Below, piece after piece: positions 16,027-23,183 of a stretch of 32,000 nt of DNA. The notes below the pieces were generated by a model. It had not been told where the DNA came from, made no database searches, and worked only from the letters and a program-made list of their open reading frames with translations. Origin of the DNA: Thermococcus kodakarensis KOD1 (GTDB taxonomy: Archaea; Methanobacteriota_B; Thermococci; Thermococcales; Thermococcaceae); assembly GCF_000009965.1 (NCBI RefSeq), contig NC_006624.1:60001-92000 (forward strand), written 5' to 3'. The translations under genes and the position numbers were made by a program. The stretch's first letter is position 1; the number at the start of each line of letters is the position of its first letter.

Positions 16027-17459
16027 AGCGGCTAGCCGCCTTTCTCCTTTTCCTCCTCGCTGGTACCATGGTGCCGGCCGGGATAGTGGGAGCTGAACAG
16101 CAACTCGTCACAACCTTTCAAGTAACAGCTGGCAAGACCTGGACAAAGGAAATCCCTGGCGCCATCGTGAACTGGACTGGCACATTTGACTACTCAAAAA
16201 GAGACGGGTGGGAAGCAGCTTTCTCGGTTTACTTTACAGAGACGGGCAACACTCATGGGGTCGCGGCAACCGAAAACGGCTTCGTTGACGCAGACGGGAA
16301 ATACATTTGGTTCCTTAAGAACGTCCAGACTGAAGACAATCCTGAAACCAGGGAGCTTGGCGTTCTTGAGAGTTGGCATGAGCTCGTCGTGAAGTTCATT
16401 GATCCCCTGAGTGGAAAAGTTGTCATAGACAACGACTACAATGGCGAAACATACACCCTCTATGTTGGAGATGAAATAGACATCTCGGGAGAGCTTGCCG
16501 ATGCCTGGCGTGAGAAAACTATTCTTGAGCTGAGGAGCATAGAAACCAGCCTCTTCGGCTCCAAGGCCGTCCTCATACTCCAACACATCACAGCCGTTAG
16601 CGGAACGGTGGAGATCTATCCATACCAAGAGCAGACTTCGGAGCCAAACTCACCAAACGAGAACCAGACCAACGAGACTACACCTCAAAAACCCCTCATC
16701 GACCCGGCGAAAGTTCCGGCGGTGATGATCGTCGTCGGTGAACACGCGGCGGGGGCCGACGTGGCGGCGGGTGCCAAGGTCGGCATAGCAGTCCAGAAGT
16801 GGATTGACATCATCAAGGAGAAAGGTGCCGAGTTTGCCATTCCAGGACTCGGCCACCTTGGAGGCCTCATCGCCAAGGCAGTAACTGCGCCAGTCCAGAA
16901 CCTCAACGCCGATGCTATGCTCGACAGTGAGGTCAAAGATCCTGACAGAATAGCACCCATCGTTTACACTGTCGGCGGGCCGGTTGCCAACGAGTACACC
17001 AAACTGATCCTCGAGAAGAACGCCGACAGACTACCAGTCAAATTCATCAAAGAGAACGGCAAATGGTACATCAAGGACAGAAAAGGTAACAAATGGGACA
17101 ATGGCTACGGCATCATCCTCATAATCCCCGCCTCCGAGAATCCAGCTGAGCTTCAGATAAGGCTCATGAACGGAAAAATCAAGATGGCCGACGTCGTCGT
17201 GGCGGGAACCGACAGAGTCGGCACATACGCCGCCTGCGAACTCCTCCAAGGCGAGTTCTTGAAGCCGCTCCTCGGAGAAAAACCAAAACCAGAACTCGAG
17301 TATTTCCTCCAGCTTCAGGGGAGAATGCTCCTTCTCTTCGGCCAGAACCCGCTCGAGGCCTTCGACGTGAACCTCGACCCAACCAACCCATTCAAGTTCC
17401 AGGTTACCGCCGTGATAGTGGACAAAGATGGAAGAATAGTCAAGGTCATAGTAGGCTGA
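16023..17459 (+). CDS. Secreted protein, 478 aa, with a C-terminal S-layer-like domain (tentative)
   Basis: Signal MKRLAAFLLFLLAGTMVPAGIVGA. Thr/Asn/Pro linker. Then AVMIVVGEHAAGADVAAGAKVGIA...IVYTVGGPVANEYT...ADVVVAGTDRVGTYAACELL, which recalls the VVG..A..D..AA / VGGP..N / AGtdR..T..AA pattern of archaeal S-layer protein domains (from memory). Confidence 0.75.
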   Translation: MKRLAAFLLFLLAGTMVPAGIVGAEQQLVTTFQVTAGKTWTKEIPGAIVNWTGTFDYSKRDGWEAAFSVYFTETGNTHGVAATENGFVDADGKYIWFLKNVQTEDNPETRELGVLESWHELVVKFIDPLSGKVVIDNDYNGETYTLYVGDEIDISGELADAWREKTILELRSIETSLFGSKAVLILQHITAVSGTVEIYPYQEQTSEPNSPNENQTNETTPQKPLIDPAKVPAVMIVVGEHAAGADVAAGAKVGIAVQKWIDIIKEKGAEFAIPGLGHLGGLIAKAVTAPVQNLNADAMLDSEVKDPDRIAPIVYTVGGPVANEYTKLILEKNADRLPVKFIKENGKWYIKDRKGNKWDNGYGIILIIPASENPAELQIRLMNGKIKMADVVVAGTDRVGTYAACELLQGEFLKPLLGEKPKPELEYFLQLQGRMLLLFGQNPLEAFDVNLDPTNPFKFQVTAVIVDKDGRIVKVIVG

Positions 17460-17607
17460 CTTTTCTTTTACATTTTCCTTTAGAGCTTTTCAAATCTAAA
17501 AACAAGACAATAGAAGTCCCCTTTTGAAACGTTGTAATTAACTTATCATTTGCATATTTCAGCCACAAGGGTTGTATGGCGATGAGGTTCCTACCCAAAA
17601 TGTTCGC

Positions 17608-17702
17608 ATTTGCTTATAACTCCCAACTAAGAGATTTTCTCGAATTTGCTTATTAACTTCTTTGCTTTTTTGATATAGGGAAAATCCCCCGGGGGAATCC
17701 CC
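17608..17702 (+). promoter_or_regulatory. AT-rich promoter region with direct repeat ATTTGCTTAT(T)AACT x2, a TATA-like box and a 12-bp GC palindrome abutting the start codon
   Basis: Repeats at 17608-17621 and 17644-17658. tgatatag at 17671-17678. tcccccggggga at 17685-17696, 6 nt before the ATG at 17703. Confidence 0.35.
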
Positions 17703-19046
17703 ATGAGAAAACTGGAGGTCGGTCTAAAAAAGACGGTGGGTCTATTTTTGCTTTTTGTGTTAGTAGTGATGCCAGCAACAGCTAGCCACGTCCAGAGCGC
17801 AACAATAACAATCCAGGACACACCAGAAGGTGAAGGGCTGGTTTTAGTGCCCAACACAACCACAGAGGTAACGTTTTCTATAGTTAGCAGTTCGGGAGAT
17901 CCCTTCACATCTGCAACCTTTCCAACTGCCGACGTGATAAGCGTTACAGCCGAGTTCGTGGATGACTACGGGAATGCCCTTGACATTGATAACGACGGAA
18001 CCGCTGACATATGGAACTGCACAGAAGACCCAAACGTACCAGGCCTTTGGAAGGCAAACATAACTCTCGGAGCTAATGCTGAACCCGGTGTTTATTCTCT
18101 GAAAATCAAAGCCATCGCAAAGAACAGCACTACCAATGAGATTATTGACCAAGGGGAGTTGTCCATCGAGACCCTGATACTCGGAGGCCAATACGCCATC
18201 CAGTTCTTCAACGTAAAAGACGACGATCACTTTGAGCTAGATCCCCTCGATATCAGGATTGGAGCCTTAAGCGACCTCGGAAGCATCGTCAGCATTGGAA
18301 ACTTAACCAATACACTCGCACTGAGAGACAACAATACTGATGGAGTTTGGGGTCAAAGGATCGACCTGAACAACGACGGAAACCTCGACGGGTGGCTAAC
18401 CTTCATCAAAAACGAAGACAGCTATGATATGATAATATTCACGAACAACCAGAGCCTGATTGACTCTCTAATGCCAGAAGAATCCTTCAGAATCCGTGGA
18501 GATGAGATAACTTTCACAAACAGACTCCTCCGCGATACTCGGGATTATCACCACTTCAACTATTATACTCAAATCCTATGGGATAACAGCTTTTTGGCCA
18601 ACTTAGGCCTGAAAGCAACTGATTACTACATTATCCCCTACAAAGGAGCGGAAAACTGGAAGATTACACAGTTCTCCAATGGCCGAATACTTTCAGCAGT
18701 TATGAGGGTGAAGATCGTCAAGAGAACCACGTTTCTAGGAATCTTCACAAGTGAAGAGGTTCCTCTTGATGGCAACATTTGGACAGTGAGCACAAAGAAC
18801 GTAGACAGGCTAAGCCTGTCGCCAAAGGTGGTGAGATGGAGCTGGTACCCATCAAGAGGATATGGTATCATCTGGACTGCTGCAGTTGACATAACTGCGC
18901 CAAAGGGGTACAGCATAAAACAGAGGCAGGACTACAACGTCGAGTTCAGAGGGGACAACCCGCTCGACGGCCTGAACCCAATTAGTAGCTTCTTCAGTAA
19001 GGATTCAGTTGACTGGTACGGACTTCTCGGAGGGGATGAAGAATGA
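17703..19046 (+). CDS. Secreted protein, paralog B of 6046..7383 (447 aa)
   Basis: Signal-like VGLFLLFVLVVMPATASHVQS. Shared blocks: FVD-YGNALD, PGLW, Y-LKI-A-AKNST--EI-D, LSDLG, YYIIP-KG-E-WK, KRTT. Loops DIDNDGTAD and DLNNDGNLDGW. Confidence 0.85.
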   Translation: MRKLEVGLKKTVGLFLLFVLVVMPATASHVQSATITIQDTPEGEGLVLVPNTTTEVTFSIVSSSGDPFTSATFPTADVISVTAEFVDDYGNALDIDNDGTADIWNCTEDPNVPGLWKANITLGANAEPGVYSLKIKAIAKNSTTNEIIDQGELSIETLILGGQYAIQFFNVKDDDHFELDPLDIRIGALSDLGSIVSIGNLTNTLALRDNNTDGVWGQRIDLNNDGNLDGWLTFIKNEDSYDMIIFTNNQSLIDSLMPEESFRIRGDEITFTNRLLRDTRDYHHFNYYTQILWDNSFLANLGLKATDYYIIPYKGAENWKITQFSNGRILSAVMRVKIVKRTTFLGIFTSEEVPLDGNIWTVSTKNVDRLSLSPKVVRWSWYPSRGYGIIWTAAVDITAPKGYSIKQRQDYNVEFRGDNPLDGLNPISSFFSKDSVDWYGLLGGDEE

Positions 19047-19249
19047 CGCCGGAGGCTGCAGAGTTAGTGGACAAATCACTAAGTCTAAGCCCGTTTAGCA
19101 ACTTTACAGTATTTACCCAAGACGCTTCGGCCCTTTTGCTTCTTATTAGCCTAGCAGTACTGATAGGCACAGTAATATATCTCTGGAAGAACGGACTGCT
19201 CTACGAGTACATCATATACTACCTACTCCCCGGACAGTATTCTTGTTAG
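19043..19249 (+). CDS. Small membrane protein, 68 aa
   Basis: ATGA overlap with the upstream stop; one TM helix, ALLLLISLAVLIGTVIYLW. Confidence 0.55.
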   Translation: MTPEAAELVDKSLSLSPFSNFTVFTQDASALLLLISLAVLIGTVIYLWKNGLLYEYIIYYLLPGQYSC

Positions 19250-19497
19250 GGTTAACCGCGGCAGTTCTGCCTTTCGTGATACTTTGTGCTCTCCTCGGAG
19301 CTGTGGGGTTCATAATAGGGATTCCAGTAGGGCTTGCACTAGACCTGATCCCACCACTCTGGTACAAGGCAAGGCTCACAAGCTTGCCAATGGCTCTACT
19401 CTGGATCATTGCAGTAGCCCTTACGAGCCTGATCTCTCTCGGCATATTTGTTGACGCTTGGTTCTTCACAAACGTTGCAGGGGGAGATCTTTGGTGA
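19243..19497 (+). CDS. Small membrane protein, 84 aa (~3 TM; TTG start uncertain)
   Basis: Overlaps the upstream stop; hydrophobic throughout. Confidence 0.5.
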   Translation: MLGLTAAVLPFVILCALLGAVGFIIGIPVGLALDLIPPLWYKARLTSLPMALLWIIAVALTSLISLGIFVDAWFFTNVAGGDLW

Positions 19498-19752
19498 GTG
19501 ACGTCTCGATGGGGGGCCGAGGCTCATCTCTTCCTTCGTTTTCCATTTTTTGATAGGACTTGTTTTGAAATAGGGGGGAATAGTAAAAGTCGTGGCGGGT
19601 TGAAAACCCCTTCCTTTTTGATTTATAAACTCGTTGAGAATATGACCGCAAGTGCGCCCGGGAAGGTGCAAAATTTCGCAACCTTTTTTAGATGAACACC
19701 TCTAGCAGGATACCAGAGTATATACATAATATATGAGTAGGAGTTGAGGCCA

Positions 19753-20130
19753 ATGCCAGACCAGGACACCAGCAAAGCCAGAGTCGCCGAGCCGCTAGCG
19801 AAATTTCATGCCAGGTTGGACAGGGACGGGAGGGTCACTATTCCACGTCACGTTAGGACAGTATTTCACATCAACAAAGATGATTATATCAAAGCAACCA
19901 TCCGGCGCGTTTATGTTGATCTCGGGTTAAAAACTATCTTCATCCTCGGGGAAGATACAGGGGTCATTATGAGGGTGGGGCGTGGAGGGATGGTAACGAT
20001 CCCTCAGAAAGTCCGTGAGGAGCTCCAACTTGATCCTGGTGATTTAGTTGAAGTCATTATTGAAAATGTATTCAAACTGAAAACTGGATATGAACGAGAG
20101 TTCAGGTACGTGAGAGAAACCAAAAAGTGA
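19753..20130 (+). CDS. Tandem AbrB/SpoVT-domain DNA-binding protein (two swapped-hairpin domains in one chain)
   Basis: ATG at 19753 downstream of tatatacataatatat. Two copies of the motif: DRDGRVTIPRHVRTVFHINKDDYIKATI and GRGGMVTIPQKVREELQLDPGDLVEVII. Confidence 0.75.
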   Translation: MPDQDTSKARVAEPLAKFHARLDRDGRVTIPRHVRTVFHINKDDYIKATIRRVYVDLGLKTIFILGEDTGVIMRVGRGGMVTIPQKVREELQLDPGDLVEVIIENVFKLKTGYEREFRYVRETKK

Positions 20131-20180
20131 TCACTTCTTCACAATGATGTATAAGTAAGCGCTGTTCTGTACCCAAAAAC

Positions 20181-20246
20181 CTTATATATTGTTGGTGCTT
20201 ACAAATTAACGGTAAAAATTACCGTTTCGGTAAAATATACCGCAAG
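20181..20246 (+). promoter_or_regulatory. Promoter of the RHH-MCM operon with two adjacent CGGTA..TACCG palindromic operators
   Basis: TATA-like ttatatat at 20182-20189. Palindrome 1 at 20208-20226 is aacggtaa-aaa-ttaccgtt (8-bp perfect arms). Palindrome 2 at 20228-20242 is cggta-aaata-taccg. Confidence 0.55.
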
Positions 20247-20255
20247 GTGGTCGGA

Positions 20256-20429
20256 ATGGGGCGTGAAGATTGGGAATACCTGCCGGTGAAAAAAGCCACG
20301 AGAACAACTGTCGAGAAACTTAGAGCCCTACTGATTCTCCAGAGGGGTGAGAAACTCACCTATGACGACACAATCCGCTACCTGCTCCAGTTTCTGCCTT
20401 CTGAGATCAAGGCGCAAATAGAGGGATGA
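20256..20429 (+). CDS. Ribbon-helix-helix (CopG/Arc-like) small regulator, 57 aa
   Basis: ATG after aggtgg. EYLPVKKATRTTVEKLRALLILQRGEKLTYDDTIRYLL fits a beta-alpha-alpha pattern. Its stop lies 3 nt before the MCM ATG. Confidence 0.6.
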   Translation: MGREDWEYLPVKKATRTTVEKLRALLILQRGEKLTYDDTIRYLLQFLPSEIKAQIEG

Positions 20430-20432
20430 AGC

Positions 20433-23177
20433 ATGAGTGAGGACATCAATTTTGACTTCGCGTGGAAGTTCCTCATTGGACTAATCCAAAACGGCAAGAC
20501 AGAGATGAAAGTATCGACCCTACCCAACTCGCTTCAGAAAGTAGCCAAGTCCATCGGGTATGAGGATGATGACACAGTCCCACTTCTCACACTCAAGGAG
20601 TACCTTGAAAAGACTTGGGGACATATATCCCCAAATCCTCAAGTCCCCAAGAGTCCCCAAGAAGGTTGGGGACAATTAGAACCAGAGTCCCCAAGTCCCC
20701 AAGAAGATTCACCAGTTGATGAAAGTCTTGGGGACTCTGACGAGAGTATAATTTCAGAAATAACTCCATATCTTGAAGCAATACAAAGAGTTGTCACTGA
20801 TGCTGATAGAACAGAGAAACGTCTGGCAATCTATCTCCTCTTGAAGAACGGGGAGATGTATGATCCTGATCTCCGCAAGGAACTTGCTCCATTGGGTCAG
20901 TATTTCTCCAAGAACAAGGAACCGTACAAGGTCAAAACGATCAAGAATGTAATCTCCTTCGTCCGTAACTCTCCGCACGTCTGGTCGAGCAAGGACCCGA
21001 CGACGGGTATGTTTGTTTACCGCCTGAAGGACGAGACTGTTAAAGCCATCCTTCAAGAGCTTCAGATGGTTCTCCAGGAGCGTGAGGTTCTCCAGAAACA
21101 GGAGGAACTTAAGCAGGCGGATGAGGAGAAGCTGGTCAGGGCTTTCTTTGACTTCTTCATGAACTACGTGGAGGACGGCAAGCACGTGTTCCTCGACCAG
21201 CTCAGGAATCTCCTGGTCCTCGGAGAGGACAGGGGTCTGAGGGTGGACTGGCATGTCCTCGACGCGGTGAACCCGAGCCTCGCTGAGCGGCTCATCAACG
21301 AGCCCGATGTTGTCATCTCGGCCGCAGAGAAGGCCGTCCTGGAGGTCCTGAATGAGCCTGAGTTCATGCTCTATGAGGAGCGCCCGAGGATCCACGTCCG
21401 CTTTGTGAACCTGCCGAAGACGATCAGTCCTCGTGCCGTGAGGAGTGAGCACATCGGCAGGCTTGTCCAGGCCAGGGGCGTCGTCTCAGCAATCGCTGAG
21501 GGGGAGAAGAGCAATGGCGTGAAGGGCTTCATCGAGAAGGCTGTTTTTGTGTGTCCTAAGTGTGGGTATGAGGTTTCTCTCCTCCAAAAGCCGTATGAGA
21601 ATTTTGTTGTCCCAAAGGAGTGCCCGGCGTGTGGGGCGAGGCTGAGTGCTGACAACTTGAGCGTTGAGAAGAGTACTGTTATAGACATGAGAGAGATTTT
21701 TGTCCAAGACCCCTCTGATGCCCTCCACGCGGCAGGGACTGCCTCTTATGTGAGAGTGATTCTCCTCGACGACAACGCGAGGATGGACGTGAACCCTGGC
21801 GACGAGGTCCTCATCACTGGTGTGGTCAGGGGCATCATGAGGAAGAAGAACGGGAAGCCTGCTCTTGGGTGGGTGCTTGAGGCCAACTCTCTCACGAAGT
21901 TGACGAAGGACATCGAGGACCTTGAGATAACCCCTGAGGACGTTCAGAAGTTTCAGGATATGGTGAAGGATCCGGAGTTTGACTCGAAACTCATCCGCTC
22001 CCTCGCGCCGGCTATCACTGGCAGGGAGGTTGAGAAAAAGGCCGTCCTGCTGGCGCTCTTTAGCGGGGAGGACTATGACATCACCGGAACTCATGTGAGG
22101 AAGCGCTCTCACGTTCTCCTCTTTGGAGATGCAAGTACTGGAAAGTCGGAGATCATCAGGCACGCGGCTCAGATCGCTCCTGGTGGGGTCCACTCCACAG
22201 GAACCCATAGCTCTGGAGTTGGCCTAACCGCTGCTATTGATTCGATGGATGGAGTGAGGGTTCTCAGGGCTGGCGTCCTCGTACTGGCCGACCGCGGCGT
22301 TGCGGCCCTGGATGAGCTGGACAAGATGAGGGAGGAGGACTATGATAAGATGCTCGATGCTCTTGAGCAGGGCTGGTTCCCGTACAATAAGGCCGGCTTC
22401 AATACGAGGCTTATGGCGAGGGCTGTTGTGATAGCGGCGGCCAACCCGCCGGGGGGAGAGTTTGACAGGCACAATTATAAGCCGTTTGATGAGCTTAAGC
22501 GCCTGTTTGACCAGCCGTTTTACAGCCGTTTCGATTTAATCATCCCGACGTTTAGGAATACTGAGGATTCTGTTTTGGAGGAGATTGCTGATGCAGTTTT
22601 GGATAAGCATGAGGGGAAGATTGAACCGCCTTATGATTCTGAGCTTCTCACCAAATTCATTGCTTATGCTCGCCGTGAGATCCCGCGTGTAGTCCTTCCT
22701 CAGGCCTTGAGAGGAGTCATGAAGAAGTATATGGTTGACCTTGCAAAGGCGATAGGTTCTGCCGCGCCGAGGGCTATGGAGGCCATTATCAGGCTCACCG
22801 AGGCCCACGCGAGGATGCACCTTAGAAAGGAGGCCACTCTTGCTGATTTTCTCGCGGCTAAGGAGCTGTTTGATGAGATGATTACGCGCCTCGCCGGTTC
22901 ATCTGACGAGGAAGAAAAGGAGGAGGTGATGAAGGGGCTGGCGGGTGTCATCTGGACCGAGGAGAAGAAGAGGAAGGTGGACAAGCTCTGGAGCATTCTG
23001 AAGTACTATGAGGCCCTGGACGAGCGCGGTGAGGGTGTCCACATCAACGACATAATCGAGGAGGCGGAGCAGCAGGGGATTGAGCGGAGCGAGGTTTTGG
23101 TTCTTCTGGAGGATATGGAGCGGGCGAATATGGTTGAGCAGTCTAAGCCCGGCTTTTACCGCTTGAGAAGGAGGTGA
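20433..23177 (+). CDS. mcm: MCM-family replicative helicase, 914 aa, with a ~250-aa N-terminal extension and a C-terminal winged helix
   Basis: Zn ribbon CPKCGYEV...CPACGARL. Walker A LLFGDASTGKSEII. Walker B VAALDELDKM. Sensor 1 VIAAANP. Arg finger SRFDLI. C-terminal wHTH VHINDIIEEAEQQGIERSEVLVLLEDMERANMV. Confidence 0.93.
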   Translation: MSEDINFDFAWKFLIGLIQNGKTEMKVSTLPNSLQKVAKSIGYEDDDTVPLLTLKEYLEKTWGHISPNPQVPKSPQEGWGQLEPESPSPQEDSPVDESLGDSDESIISEITPYLEAIQRVVTDADRTEKRLAIYLLLKNGEMYDPDLRKELAPLGQYFSKNKEPYKVKTIKNVISFVRNSPHVWSSKDPTTGMFVYRLKDETVKAILQELQMVLQEREVLQKQEELKQADEEKLVRAFFDFFMNYVEDGKHVFLDQLRNLLVLGEDRGLRVDWHVLDAVNPSLAERLINEPDVVISAAEKAVLEVLNEPEFMLYEERPRIHVRFVNLPKTISPRAVRSEHIGRLVQARGVVSAIAEGEKSNGVKGFIEKAVFVCPKCGYEVSLLQKPYENFVVPKECPACGARLSADNLSVEKSTVIDMREIFVQDPSDALHAAGTASYVRVILLDDNARMDVNPGDEVLITGVVRGIMRKKNGKPALGWVLEANSLTKLTKDIEDLEITPEDVQKFQDMVKDPEFDSKLIRSLAPAITGREVEKKAVLLALFSGEDYDITGTHVRKRSHVLLFGDASTGKSEIIRHAAQIAPGGVHSTGTHSSGVGLTAAIDSMDGVRVLRAGVLVLADRGVAALDELDKMREEDYDKMLDALEQGWFPYNKAGFNTRLMARAVVIAAANPPGGEFDRHNYKPFDELKRLFDQPFYSRFDLIIPTFRNTEDSVLEEIADAVLDKHEGKIEPPYDSELLTKFIAYARREIPRVVLPQALRGVMKKYMVDLAKAIGSAAPRAMEAIIRLTEAHARMHLRKEATLADFLAAKELFDEMITRLAGSSDEEEKEEVMKGLAGVIWTEEKKRKVDKLWSILKYYEALDERGEGVHINDIIEEAEQQGIERSEVLVLLEDMERANMVEQSKPGFYRLRRR
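20614..20735. repeat. Cluster of eight GTCCCCAAG-type 8-9-mers in both orientations inside the mcm 5' region
   Basis: Direct GTCCCCAAG at 20643, 20653, 20687 and 20695. A near copy tccccaaa at 20628. Inverted (C)TTGGGGAC at 20614, 20666 and 20727. The direct copies are read in all three codon phases. Confidence 0.7.
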
Positions 23178-23183
23178 TCGGAG

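Noticed and set aside
4227-19497. Calling the element outright a provirus (capsid/portal) or a conjugative plasmid (relaxase, VirB4/VirD4, pilin)
   Set aside because: I could not recognise any major capsid protein, portal/terminase, relaxase or type IV secretion signature by eye. The only NTPase is HerA/FtsK-like, which fits either lifestyle, so the module is left functionally unassigned.
20754-22208. Long minus-strand ORFs (232 aa and 240 aa) inside mcm
   Set aside because: They mirror the MCM reading frame, whose Walker A/B, Zn-ribbon and Arg-finger motifs are unambiguous on the + strand. The products are Leu/Arg/Asp-rich and motif-less.
20433-23177. Intein in the 914-aa MCM as an explanation for its extra length
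   Set aside because: The Walker A to Walker B, sensor 1 and Arg-finger regions are contiguous with normal spacing. The extra length is entirely N-terminal, and no intein block motifs (C/S...HN-C/S/T) were seen.
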